This document shows positions 13,251-27,744 of a stretch of DNA of 34,776 nt, piece by piece. Below the pieces are notes generated by a model, which saw nothing but the letters and a program-made list of their open reading frames with translations, did no database searches and was not told where the DNA came from. Numbering within the stretch: position 1 is the first letter of the stretch; the number at the start of each line of letters is the position of its first letter. Origin of the DNA: Utricularia gibba (Eukaryota; Plantae; Magnoliophyta); contig NEEC01000498.1 of NCBI GenBank assembly GCA_002189035.1, forward strand, positions 1-34,776. Direction: 5' to 3'. The position numbers were made by a program, and so were the translations under genes.

Positions 13251-16200
13251 TCCTAACTTCAATAACTGCATCACGATTTTCGTCGAGTAGGACCCGATTT
13301 GGCAAAGGAGACAGACCGAACCTTGGGTCAGAACGAAGTTCACAACGACATCACCCGCCCAAAAACGACAAGCTTTTCCTTGAGAAACCATGTAGGCAGC
13401 CTATTAAAACCAACGTTAATAAATGCATCAAGTTTTTTGCCGAGCTACAAATGACTATGGGCCCGAGCTCGACTCGACCTCCTGCTCGATACCGTTGCCC
13501 CACGAGAGCGCCTTATCAAATATAAAGCATGCGGTTGAGAAAACCATTTTGGGTGCTCATGAATCCTAACTTCAATAACTGCATCACGATTTTCGTCGAG
13601 TAGGACCCGATGTGGCAAAGGAGTCAGACCGAACCTTGGGTCAGAACGAAGTTCCAACGACATCACCCGCCAAAAACGACAAGCTTTTCCTTGAGAAACA
13701 TGTAGGCAGCCTATTAAAACCAACGTTAATAAATGCATCAATTTTTTTGCCGAGCTACAAATGACTATGGGCCCGAGCTCGACTCGACCTCCTGCTCGAT
13801 ACCGTTGCCCCACGAGAGCGCCTCCTCAAATATAAAGCATGCGGTTGAGAAAACCATTTTGGGTGCTCATGAATCCTAACTTCAATAACTGCATCACGAT
13901 TTTCGTCGAGTAGGACCCGATGTGGCAAAGGAGTCAGACCCTTGGGTCAGAACGAAGTTCCCAACGACATCACCCGCCAGAAACGACAAGCTTTTCCTTG
14001 AGAAACATGTAGGCAGCCTAAAACCAACGTTAATAAATGCATCAATTTTTTGCGAGCTACAAATGACTATGGGCCGAGCTCGACTCGACCTCCTGCTCGA
14101 TACCGTTGCCCCACGAGAGCGCCTTATCAAATATAAAGCATGCGGTTGAGAAAACCATTTTGGGTGCTCATGAATCCTAACTTCAATAACTGCATCACGA
14201 TTTTCGTCGAGTAGGACCCGATGGCAAAGGAGTCAGACCGAACCTTGGGTCAACGAAGTTCCAACGACATCACCCGCCCAAAAACGACAAGCTTTTCCTT
14301 GAGAAAACCAAGGCAGCCTATTAAAACCAACGTTAATAAATGCATCAATTTTTTGCCGAGCTACAAATGACTATGGGCCCGAGCTCGACTCGACCTCCTG
14401 CTCGATACCGTTGCCCCACGAGAGCGCCTTATCAAATATAAAGCATGCGGTTGAGAAAACCATTTTGGGTGCTCATGAATCCTAACTTCAATAACTGCAT
14501 CACGATTTTCGTCGAGTAGGACCCGATGTGGCAAAGGAGTCAGACCGAACCTTGGTCAGAACGAAGTTCACAACGACATCACCCGCCAAAACGACAAGCT
14601 TTTCCTTGAGAAACATGTAGGCAGCCTATTAAAACCAACGTTAATAAATGCATCAATTTTTTGCCGAGCTACAAATGACTATGGGCCCGAGCTCGACTCG
14701 ACCTCCTCGATACCGTTGCCCCACGAGAGCGCCTTCAAATATAAAGCATGCGGTTGAGAAAACCATTTTGGGTGCTCATGAATCCTAACTTCAATAACTG
14801 CATCACGATTTTCGTCGAGTAGGACCCGATGTGGCAAAGGAGTCAGACCGAACCTTGGTCAGAACGAAGTTCCAACGACATCACCCGCCCAAAAACGACA
14901 AGCTTTTCGAGAAACATGTAGGCAGCCTATTAAAACCAACGTTAATAAATGCATCAATTTTTTGCCGGCTACAAATGACTATGGGCCCGAGCTCGACTCG
15001 ACCTCCTGCTCGATACCGTTGCCCCACGAGAGCGCCTCCTCAAATATAAAGCATGCGGTTGAGAAAACCATTTTGGGTGCTCATGAAATCCTAACTTCAA
15101 TAACTGCATCACGATTTTCGTCGAGTAGGACCGATGTGGCAAAGGAGTCAGACCGAACCTTGGGTCGAACGAAGTTCACAACGACATCACCCGCCCAAAA
15201 ACGACAAGCTTTTCCTTGAGAAAACCATTTAGGCGGCCTATTAAAACCAACGTTAATAAATGCATCAAGTTTTTTGCCGAGCTACAAATGACTATGGGCC
15301 CGAGCTCGACTCGACCTCCTGCTCGATACCGTTGCCCACGAGAGCGCCTCCTCAAATATAAGCATGCGGTTGAGAAAACCATTTTGGGTGCTCATGACAT
15401 CCTAACTTCAATAACTGCATCACGATTTTCGTCGAGTAGGACCCGATGTGGCAAAGGAGTCAGACAGAACCTTGGGTCCGAACGAAGTTCCCAACGACAT
15501 CACCCGCGCAGAAACGACAAGCTTTTCCTTGAGAAACTATGTAGGCAGCCTAATAAGCCAACGTTAATAAATGCATCAATTTTTTGCGGGCTACAAATGA
15601 CTCTGGGCCCGAGCTCGACTCGACCTCCTGCTCGATACCGTTGCCCACGAGAGCGCCTTATCAAATATAAAGCATGCGGTTGAGAAAACCATTTTGGGTG
15701 CTCATGAATCCTAACTTCAATAACTGCATCACGATTTTCGTCGAGTAGGACCCGATGTGGCAAAGGAGTCAGACCGAACCTTGGGTCAGAACGAAGTTCC
15801 AACGACATCACCCGCCCAAAACGACAAGCTTTTCCTTGAGAAACTATGTAGGCAGCCTATTAAAACCAAACGTTAATAAATGCATCAATTTTTTGCCGAG
15901 CTACAAATGACTATGGGCCCGAGCTCGACTCGACCTCCTGCTCGATACCGTTGCCCCACGAGAGCGCCTCGCATGCGGTTGAGAAAACCATTTTGGGTGC
16001 TCATGAATCCTAACTTCAATAACTGCATCACGATTTTCGTCGAGTAGGACCCGATGTGGCAAAGGAGTCAGACCGAACCTTGGTCAGAACGAAGTTCCAA
16101 CGACATCACCCGCCCAAAAACGACAAGCTTTTCCTTGAGAAACATGTAGGCAGCCTAATAAAACCGAACGTTAATAAATGCATCAATTTTTTTGCCGAGC

Positions 16201-18179
16201 TACAAATGACTCTGGGCCCGAGCTCGACTCGACCTCCTGCTCGATACCGTTGCCCCACGAGAGCGCCTCCTCAAATATAAAGCATGCGGTTGAGAAAACC
16301 ATTTTGGGTGCTCATGAATCCTAACTTCAATAACTGCATCACGATTTTCGTCGAGTAGGACCCGATGTGGCAAAGGAGTCAGACGAACCTTGGGTCAGAA
16401 CGAAGTTCCCAACGACATCACCCGCCCAGAAACGACAAGCTTTTCCTTGAGAAACTATGTAGGCAGCCTATAAAGCCAACGTTAATAAATGCATCAATTT
16501 TTTTGCCGGGCTACAAATGACTCTGGGCCCGAGCTCGACTCGACCTCCTGCTCGATACCGTTGCCCCACGAGAGCGCCTTATCAAATATAAAGCATGCGG
16601 TTGAGAAAACCATTTTGGGTGCTCATGAATCCTAACTTCAATAACTGCATCACGATTTTCGTCGAGTAGGACCCGATGTGGCAAAGGAGTCAGACCGAAC
16701 CTTGGTCAGAACGAAGTTCCAACGACATCACCCGCCCAAAAACGACAAGCTTTTCCTGAGAAACCATTTAGGCAGCCTATTAAAACCAACGTTAATAAAT
16801 GCATCAAGTTTTTTGGGCTACAAATGACTATGGGCCCGAGCTCGACTCGACCTCCTGCTCGATACCGTTGCCCCACGAGAGCGCCTTATCAAATATAAAG
16901 CATGCGGTTGAGAAAACCATTTTGGGTGCTCATGAAATCCTAACTTCAATAACTGCATCACGATTTTCGTCGAGTAGGACCCGATGTGGCAAAGGAGTCA
17001 GACCGAACCTTGGGTCAGAACGAAGTTCCAACGACATCACCCGCCCAAAAACGACAAGCTTTTCCTGAGAAAACATGTAGGCAGCCTATTAAAACCAACG
17101 TTAATAAATGCATCAAGTTTTTTGCCGAGCTACAAATGACTATGGGCCCGAGCTCGACTCGACCTCCTGCTCGATACCGTTGCCCCACGAGAGCGCCTCC
17201 TCAAATATAAAGCATGCGGTTGAGAAAACCATTTTGGGTGCTCATGACATCCTAACTTCAATAACTGCATCACGATTTTCGTCGAGTAGGACCCGATGTG
17301 GCAAAGGAGTCAGACAGAACCTTGGGTCAGAACGAAGTTCACAACGACATCACCCGCCCAAAAACGACAAGCTTTTCCTTGAGAAAACAATGTAGGCGCT
17401 ATTAAAACCCAACGTTAATAAATGCATCAAGTTTTTTGCCGAGCTACAAATGACTATGGGCCCGAGCTCGACTCGACCTCCTGCTCGATACCGTTGCCCC
17501 ACGAGAGCGCCTCCTCAAATATAAAGCATGCGGTTGAGAAAACCATTTTGGGTGCTCATGACATCCTAACTTCAATAACTGCATCACGATTTTCGTCGAG
17601 TAGGACCCGATGTGGCAAAGGAGTCAGACAGAACCTTGGGTCCGAACGAAGTTCCAACGACATCACCCGCAGAAAACGACAAGCTTTTCCTTGAGAAACT
17701 ATGTAGGCAGCCTATAAAACCAACGTTAATAAATGCATCAATTTTTTTGCCGGCTACAAATGACTCTGGCCCGAGCTCGACTCGACCTCCTGCTCGATAC
17801 CGTTGCCCCACGAGAGCGCCTCCTCAAATATAAAGCATGCGGTTGAGAAAACCATTTTGGGTGCTCATGACATCCTAACTTCAATAACTGCATCACGATT
17901 TTCGTCGAGTAGGACCCGATGTGGCAAAGGAGTCAGACAGAACCTTGGTCAGAACGAAGTTCCAAGACATCACCCGCCCAGAAACGACAAGCTTTTCTTG
18001 AGAAACTATGTAGGCAGCCTAATAAAGCCGAACGTTAATAAATGCATCAATTTTTTTGCCGGGCTACAAATGACTCTGGGCCGAGCTCGACTCGACCTCC
18101 TGCTCGATACCGTTGCCCCACGAGAGCCTTATCAAATATAAAGCATGCGGTTGAGAAAACCATTTTGGGTGCTCATGAA

Positions 18180-21100
18180 TCCTAACTTCAATAACTGCAT
18201 CACGATTTTCGTCGAGTAGGACCCGATGTGGCAAAGGACAGACCGAACCTTGGGTCAGAACGAAGTTCACAACGACATCACCCGCCCAAAAACGACAAGC
18301 TTTTCCTTGAGAAAACCATTTAGGCAGCCTATTAAAACCAACGTTAATAAATGCATCAAGTTTTTTGCCGAGCTACAAATGACTATGGGCCCGAGCTCGA
18401 CTCGACCTCCTGCTCGATACCGTTGCCCCACGAGAGCGCCTCCTCAAATATAAAGCATGCGGTTGAGAAAACCATTTTGGGTGCTCATGACATCCTAACT
18501 TCAATAACTGCATCACGATTTTCGTCGAGTAGGACCCGATGTGGCAAAGGAGTCAGACCGAACCTTGGGTCAGAACGAAGTTCACAACGAAATCACCCGC
18601 CCAAAAACGACAAGCTTTTCCTTGAGAAAACATGTAGGCGTTCTATTAAAACCAACGTTAATTAATGCATCAAGTTTTTTGCCGAGCTACAAATGACTAT
18701 GGGCCCGAGCTCGACTCGACCTCCTGCTCGATACCGTTGCCCCACGAGAGCGCCTCCTCAAATATAAAGCATGCGGTTGAGAAAACCATTTTGGGTGCTC
18801 ATGACATCCTAACTTCAATAACTGCATCACGATTTTCGTCGAGTAGGACCCGATGTGGCAAAGGAGTCAGACAGAACCTTGGGTCCGAACGAAGTTCCCA
18901 ACGACATCACCCGCCCAGAAACGACAAGCTTTTCCTTGAGAAACTATGTAGGCAGCCTAATAAACCGAACGTTAATAAATGCATCAATTTTTTGCCGGGC
19001 TACAAATGACTCTGGGCCCGAGCTCGACTCGACCTCCTGCTCGATACCGTTGCCCCACGAGAGCCTCCTCAAATATAAAGCATGCGGTTGAGAAAACCAT
19101 TTTGGGTGCTCATGAATCCTAACTTCAATAACTGCATCACGATTTTCGTCGAGTAGGACCCGATGTGGCAAAGGAGTCAGACCGAACCTATGGTCAGAAC
19201 GAAGTTCCAAAAGACATCACCCGCCCAGAAACGACAAGCTTTTCCTTGAGAAACCATGTAGGCAGCCTATAAAACCAACGTTAATAAATGCATCATTTTT
19301 TTGCCGGCTAAAATGACTCTGGCCGAGCTCGACTCGACCTTTGCTCGATACCGTGCCCCACGAGAGCGCCTCCTCAAATATAAAGCATGCGTTGAAAAAC
19401 CATTTTGGTGCTCATGAAATCCTAACTTCAATAACTGCATCACGATTTTCGTCGAGTAGGACCGATTTGGCAAAGGAGTCAGACCGAACCTTGGGTCAGA
19501 ACGAAGTTCACAACGACATCACCCGCCCAAAAACGACAAGCTTTTTCCTTGAAAACATGTAGGCAGCCTATTAAACCAACGTTAATAAATGCATCAAGTT
19601 TTTTGCCGAGCTACAAATGACTATGGCCCGAGCTCGACTCGACCTCCTGCTCGATACCGTTGCCCCACGAGAGCGCCTCAAATATAAAGCATGCGGTTGA
19701 GAAAACCATTTTGGGTGCTCATGAAATCCTAACTTCAATAACTGCATCACGATTTTCGTCGAGTAGGACCCGATTGGCAAAGGAGTCAGACCGAACCTTG
19801 GGTCAGAACGAAGTTCACAACGAAATCACCCGCCCAAAAACGACAAGCTTTTCCTTGAGAAAACTATGTAGGCCTATTAAAACCCAACGTTAATAAATGC
19901 ATCAAGTTTTTTGCCGAGCTACAAATGACTATGGGCCCCGAGCTCGACTCGACCCCTGCTCGATACCGTTGCCCCACGAGAGCGCCTATCAAATATAAAG
20001 CATGCGGTTGAGAAAACCATTTTGGGTGCTCATGAATCCTAACTTCAATAACTGCATCACGATTTTCGTCGAGTAGGACCCGATGTGGCAAAGGAGTCAG
20101 AACCCCCAGAACGAAGTTCCAACGACATCACCCGCCAGAAACGACAAGCTTTTCCTTGAGAAACATGTAGGCAGCCTAATAAACCGAACGTTAATAATGC
20201 ATCAATTTTTTGCCGGGCTACAAATGACTCTGGGCCCGAGCTCGACTCGACCTCCTGCTCGATACCGTTGCCCCACGAGAGCGCCTTATCAAATATAAAG
20301 CATGCGGTTGAGAAAACCATTTTGGGTGCTCATGATCCTAACTTCAATAACTGCATCACGATTTTCGTCGAGTAGGACCCGATGTGGCAAAGGAGTCAGA
20401 CCGAACCTTGGTCAGAACGAAGTTCAAAAGACATCACCCGCCCAAAAACGACAAGCTTTTCCTTGAGAAAACTATGTAGGCAGCCTATTAAACCAACGTT
20501 AATAAATGCATCAATTTTTTGCCGGGCTACAAATGACTCTGGGCCGAGCTCGACTCGACCTCTGCTCTACCGTTGCCCACCGCCTCCTCAAATATAAAGC
20601 ATGCGTTGAGAAAACCATTTTGGGTGCTCATGAAATCCTAACTTCAATAACTGCATCACGATTTTCGTCGAGTAGGACCGATTTGGCAAAGGAGTCAGAC
20701 CGAACCTTGGGTCAGAACGAAGTTCACAACGACATCACCCGCCCAAAAACGACAAGCTTTTCCTTGAGAAAACCATGTAGGCAGCCTATTAAAACCAACG
20801 TTAATAAATGCATCAAGTTTTTTGCCGAGCTACAAATGACTATGGCCCGAGCTCGACTCGACCTCCTGCTCGATACCGTTGCCCCACGAGAGCGCCTTAT
20901 CAAATATAAAGCATGCGGTTGAGAAAACCATTTTGGGTGCTCATGAATCCTAACTTCAATAACTGCATCACGATTTTCGTCGAGTAGGACCCGATGTGGC
21001 AAAGGAGTCAGACCGAACCTTGGGTCAGAACGAAGTTCACAACGACATCACCCGCCCAAAAACGACAAGCTTTTCCTTGAGAAACATGTAGGCAGCCTAT

Positions 21101-23115
21101 TAAAACCAACGTTAATAAATGCATCAAGTTTTTTGCCGAGCTACAAATGACTATGGGCCCGAGCTCGACTCGACCTCCTGCTCGATACCGTTGCCCCACG
21201 AGAGGCCTCCTCAAATATAAAGCATGCGGTTGAGAAAACCATTTTTGGTGCTCATGACATCCTAACTTCAATAACTGCATCACGATTTTCGTCGAGTAGG
21301 ACCGATGTGGCAAAGGAGTCAGACAGAACCTTGGGTCCGAACGAAGTTCCAACGACATCACCCGCCAAAAACGACAAGCTTTTCCTTGAGAAACTATGTA
21401 GGCAGCCTAATAAACCGAACGTTAATAAATGCATCAAATTTTTTTGCCGGGCTACAAATGACTCGGCCCGAGCTCGACTCGACCTCCTGCTCGATACCGT
21501 TGCCCCACGAGAGCGCCTTATCAAATATAAAGCATGCGGTTGAGAAAACCATTTTGGGTGCTCATGAATCCTAACTTCAATAACTGCATCACGATTTTCG
21601 TCGAGTAGGACCCGATGTGGCAAAGGAGTCAGACGAACCTTGGTCAGAACGAAGTTCCAAAAGACATCACCCGCCCAGAAACGACAAGCTTTTCCTTGAG
21701 AAACATGTAGGCAGCCTATTAAACCAACGTTAATAAATGCATCAATTTTTTGCCGGGCTACAAATGACTCTGGGCCCGAGCTCGACTCGACCTCCTGCTC
21801 CGATACCGTTTGCCCCACGAGAGAGCCTCCTCAAATATAAAGCATGCGGTTGAGAAAACCATTTTGGTGCTCATGAAATCCTAACTTCAATAACTGCATC
21901 ACGATTTTCGTCGAGTAGGACCGATGTGGCAAAGGAGTCAGACCGAACCTTGGGTCAGAACGAAGTTCACAACGACATCACCCGCCCAAAAACGACAAGC
22001 TTTTCCTTGAGAAAACCATTAGGCAGCCTATTAAAAACCAACGTTAATAAATGCATCAAGTTTTTTGCCGAGCTACAAATGACTATGGGCCGAGCTCGAC
22101 TCGACCTCCTACTCGATACCGTTGCCCCACGAGAGCACCTTATCAAATATAAAGCATGCGGTTGAGAAAACCATTTTGGGTGCTCATGAATCCTAACTTC
22201 AATAACTGCATCACGATTTTCGTCGAGTAGGACCCGATGTGGCAAAGGAGTCAGACCGAACCTTGGTCAGAACGAAGTTTCACAACGACATCACCCGCCC
22301 AAAAACGACAAGCTTTTCCTTGAGAAAACCAATGTAGGCAGCCTATTAAAACCCAACGTTAATAAATGCATCAAGTTTTTTGCCGAGCTACAAATGACTA
22401 TGGGCCCGAGCTCGACTCGACCTCCTGCTCGATACCGTTGCCCCACGAGAGCGCCTCCTCAAATATAAAGCATGCGGTTGAGAAAACCATTTTGGGTGCT
22501 CATGACATCCTAACTTCAATAACTGCATCACGATTTTCGTCGAGTAGGACCCGATGTGGCAAAGGAGTCAGACGAACCTTGGGTCAGAACGAAGTTCCAA
22601 CGACATCACCCGCAGAAACGACAAGCTTTTCCTTGAGAAACTATGTAGGCAGCCTATTAAAGCCGAACGTTAATAAATGCATCAATTTTTTGCCGGCTAC
22701 AAATGACTCTGGGCCCGAGCTCGACTCGACCTGCTCGATACCGTTGCCCCACGAGAGCGCCTTCAAATATAAAGCATGCGGTTGAGAAAACCATTTTGGG
22801 TGCTCATGAATCCTAACTTCAATAACTGCATCACGATTTTCGTCGAGTAGGACCCGATGTGGCAAAGGAGTCAGACCGAACCTTCGAACGAAGTTCCAAA
22901 AGACATCACCCGCCCAGAAACGACAAGCTTTTCCTTGAGAAACTATGTAGGCAGCCTAATTAAAGCCAACGTTAATAAATGCATCAATTTTTGCCGGGCT
23001 ACAAATGACTCTGGCCCGAGCTCGACTCGACCTCTGCTCGATACCGTTGCCCCACAGAGAGCCTCCTCAAATATAAAGCATGCGGTTGAGAAAACCATTT
23101 TGGGTGCTCATGAAA
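18180..23115 (+). repeat. Four consecutive X-Y-Z-W higher-order repeats (16 monomers)
   Basis: Monomers alternate in pairs: two with CAAGTTTTTT/GCCGAGC/GACTATGG, then two with CAATTTTT/GACTCTGG-type alleles. GAAATCC occurs at 19416, 20632, 21875 and 23112 (plus one out-of-phase copy at 19723). GACATCC occurs at 21256 and 22504. ACGAAATC occurs at 18587 and 19820. Confidence 0.85.
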
Positions 23116-26100
23116 TCCTAACTTCAATAACTGCATCACGATTTTCGTCGAGTAGGACCGATTTGGCAAAGGAGTCAGACCGAACCTTGGGTCAGAACGA
23201 AGTTCACAACGACATCACCCGCCCAAAAACGACAAGCTTTTCCTTGAGAAAACCATTAGGCAGCCTATTAAAACCAACGTTAATAAATGCATCAATTTTT
23301 TGCCGAGCTACAAATGACTATGGGCCCGAGCTCGACTCGACCTCCTGCTCGATACCGTTGCCCCACGAGAGCGCCTCCTCAAATATAAAGCATGCGGTTG
23401 AGAAAACCATTTTGGGTGCTCATGAATCCTAACTTCAATAACTGCATCACGATTTTCGTCGAGTAGGACCCGATGTGGCAAAGGAGTCAGACCGAACCTT
23501 GGGTCAGAACGAAGTTCACAACGACATCACCCGCCCAAAAACGACAAGCTTTTCCTTGAGAAAACATGTAGGCAGCCTATTAAAACCCAACGTTAATAAA
23601 TGCATCAAGTTTTTTGCCGAGCTACAAATGACTATGGGCCGAGCTCGACTCGACCTCCTGCTCGATACCGTTGCCCCACGAGAGCGCCTCCTCAAATATA
23701 AAGCATGCGGTTGAGAAAACCATTTTGGGTGCTCATGAATCCTAACTTCAATAACTGCATCACGATTTTCGTCGAGTAGGACCCGATGTGGCAAAGGAGT
23801 CAGACCGAACCTTGGGTCAGAACGAAGTTCCACAACGACATCACCCGCCCAAAACGACAAGCTTTTCCTTGAGAAACCATGTAGGCAGCCTATTAAAACC
23901 AACGTTAATAAATGCATCAATTTTTTGCTAAAAATGACTCTGGGCCGAGCTCGACTCGACCTCCTGCTCGATACCGTTGCCCCACGAGAGCGCCTCCTCA
24001 AATATAAAGCATGCGGTTGAGAAAACCATTTTGGGTGCTCATGAAATCCTAACTTCAATAACTGCATCACGATTTTCGTCGAGTAGGACCCGATGGCAAA
24101 GGAGTCAGACCGAACCTTGGGTCAGAACGAAGTTCACAACGACATCACCCGCCCCAAAACGACAAGCTTTTCCTTGAGAAAACATGTAGGCCTATTAAAA
24201 CCCAACGTTAATAAATGCATCAAGTTTTTTGCCGAGCTACAAATGACTATGGGCCCGAGCTCGACTCGACCTCCTGCTCGATACCGTTGCCCCACGAGAG
24301 CGCCTCCTCAAATATAAAGCATGCGGTTGAGAAAACCATTTTGGGTGCTCATGAATCCTAACTTCAATAACTGCATCACGATTTTCGTCGAGTAGGACCG
24401 ATGTGCAAAGGAGTCAGACCGAACCTTGGGTCAGAACGAAGTTCACAACGACATCACCCGCCCAAAAACGACAAGCTTTTCCTTGAGAAAACCATTTAGG
24501 CAGCCTATTAAAACCAACGTTAATAAATGCATCAAGTTTTTTGCCGAGCTACAAATGACTATGGGCCCGAGCTCGACTCGACCTCCTGCTCGATACCGTT
24601 GCCCCACGAGAGCGCCTCCTCAAATATAAAGCATGCGGTTGAGAAAACCATTTTGGGTGCTCATGACATCCTAACTTCAATAACTGCATCACGATTTTCG
24701 TCGAGTAGGACCCGATGTGGCAAAGGAGTCAGACGAACCTTGGTCCGAACGAAGTTCCCAACGACATCACCCGCCAGAAACGACAAGCTTTTCCTTGAGA
24801 AACTATGTAGGCAGCCTAATAAGCCGAACGTTAATAAATGCATCAATTTTTTGCCGGGCTACAAATGACTGGGCCGAGCTCGACTCGACCTCCTGCTCGA
24901 TACCGTTGCCCCACGAGAGCGCCTTATCAAATATAAAGCATGCGGTTGAGAAAACCATTTTGGGCTCATGAAATCCTAACTTCAATAACTGCATCACGAT
25001 TTTCGTCGAGTAGGACCCGATGTGGCAAAGGTCAGACCGAACCTTGGGTCAGAACGAAGTTCCAACGACATCACCCGCCCAAAAACGACAAGCTTTTCCT
25101 TGAGAAAACCATGTAGGCAGCCTATTAAAACCAACGTTAATAAATGCATCAATTTTTTGCCGAGCTACAAATGACTATGGGCCCGAGCTCGACTCGACCT
25201 CCTGCTCGATACCGTTGCCCACGAGAGCGCCTCCTCAAATATAAAGCATGCGGTTGAGAAAACCATTTTGGGTGCTCATGAATCCTAACTTCAATAACTG
25301 CATCACGATTTTCGTCGAGTAGGACCCGATGTGGCAAAGGAGTCAGACCGAACCTTGGTCAGAACGAAGTTCACAACGACATCACCCGCCCAAAAAACGA
25401 CAAGCTTTTCCTTGAGAAAACCATGTAGGCAGCCTATTAAAACCAACGTTAATAAATGCATCAAATTTTTTGCCGAGCTACAAATGACTATGGGCCCGAG
25501 CTCGACTCGACCTCCTGCTCGATACCGTTGCCCCACGAGAGCGCCTCCTCAAATATAAAGCATGCGGTTGAGAAAACCATTTTGGGTGCTCATGACATCC
25601 TAACTTCAATAACTGCATCACGATTTTCGTCGAGTAGGACCCGATGTGGCAAAGGAGTCAGACCGAACCTTGGGTCAGAACGAAGTTCACAACGACATCA
25701 CCCGCCCAAAAACGACAAGCTTTTCCTTGAGAAAACCATGTAGGCAGCCTATTAAAAACCAACGTTAATAAATGCATCAATTTTTTTGCCGGCTACAAAT
25801 GACTATGGGGCCCGAGCTCGACTCGACCTCCTGCTCGATACCGTTGCCCCACGAGAGCGCCTCCTCAAATATAAAGCATGCGGTTGAGAAAACCATTTTG
25901 GGTGCTCATGAATCCTAACTTCAATAACTGCATCACGATTTTCGTCGAGTAGGACCGATTGGCAAAGGAGACAGACCGAACCTTGGGTCAGAACGAAGTT
26001 CACAACGACATCACCCGCCCAAAAACGACAAGCTTTTCCTTGAGAAACCATTTAGGCAGCCTATTAAAACCAACGTTAATAAATGCATCAAGTTTTTTGC

Positions 26101-27744
26101 CGAGCTACAAATGACTATGGGCCCGAGCTCGACTCGACCTCCTGCTCGATACCGTTGCCCCACGAGAGCGCCTATCAAATATAAAGCATGCGGTTGAGAA
26201 AACCATTTTGGGTGCTCATGACATCCTAACTTCAATAACTGCATCACGATTTTCGTCGAGTAGGACCCGATGTGGCAAAGGAGTCAGACGAACCTTGGGT
26301 CAGAACGAAGTTCCCAACGACATCACCCGCCCAGAAACGACAAGCTTTTCCTTGAGAAACATGTAGGCAGCCTAATAACCAACGTTAATAAATGCATCAA
26401 TTTTTGCCGGGCTACAAATGACTCTGGGCCGAGCTCGACTCGACCTCCTGCTCGATACCGTTGCCCCACGAGAGCGCCTTATCAAATATAAAGCATGCGG
26501 TTGAGAAAACCATTTTGGGCTCATGAAATCCTAACTTCAATAACTGCATCACGATTTTCGTCGAGTAGGACCCGATGTGGCAAAGGACAGACCGAACCTT
26601 GGGTCAACGAAGTTCACAACGACATCACCCGCCCAAAAACGACAAGCTTTTCCTTGAGAAAACCATTTAGGCAGCCTATTAAAACCAACGTTAATAAATG
26701 CATCAAATTTTTTGCCGAGCTACAAATGACTATGGGCCCGAGCTCGACTCGACCTCCTGCTCGATACCGTTGCCCCACGAGAGCGCCTCCTCAAATATAA
26801 AGCATGCGGTTGAGAAAACCATTTTGGGTGCTCATGACATCCTAACTTCAATAACTGCATCACGATTTTCGTCGAGTAGGACCCGATGTGGCAAAGGAGT
26901 CAGACCGAACCTTGGGTCAGAACGAAGTTCACAACGACATCACCCGCCCAAAAACGACAAGCTTTTCCTTGAGAAACCATGTAGGCAGCCTATTAAAACC
27001 AACGTTAATAAATGCATCAAGTTTTTTGCCGAGCTACAAATGACTATGGGCCGAGCTCGACTCGACCTCCTGCTCGATACCGTTGCCCCACGAGAGCGCC
27101 TCCTCAAATATAAAGCATGCGGTTGAGAAAACCATTTTGGGTGCTCATGAATCCTAACTTCAATAACTGCATCACGATTTTCGTCGAGTAGGACCCGATG
27201 TGGCAAAGGAGTCAGACGAACCTTGGTCAGAACGAAGTTCCCAACGACATCACCGCCCAGAAACGACAAGCTTTTCCTTGAGAAACTATGTAGGCAGCCT
27301 AAAACCGAACGTTAATAAATGCATCAATTTTTTTGCCGGGCTACAAATGACTCTGGGCCCGAGCTCGACTCGACCTCCTGCTCGATACCGTTGCCCCACG
27401 AGAGCGCCTCCTCAAATATAAAGCATGCGGTTGAGAAAACCATTTTGGGTGCTCATGAAATCCTAACTTCAATAACTGCATCACGATTTTCGTCGAGTAG
27501 GACCCGATGTGGCAAAGGAGTCAGACCGAACCTTGGTCAGAACGAAGTTCACAACGACATCACCCGCCCAAAAACGACAAGCTTTTCCTTGAGAAAACCA
27601 TTTAGGCAGCCTATTAAAACCAACGTTAATAAATGCATCAAGTTTTTTGCCGAGCTACAAATGACTATGGGCCCGAGCTCGACTCGACCTCCTGCTCGAT
27701 ACCGTTGCCCCACGAGAGCGCCTCCTCAAATATAAAGCATGCGG

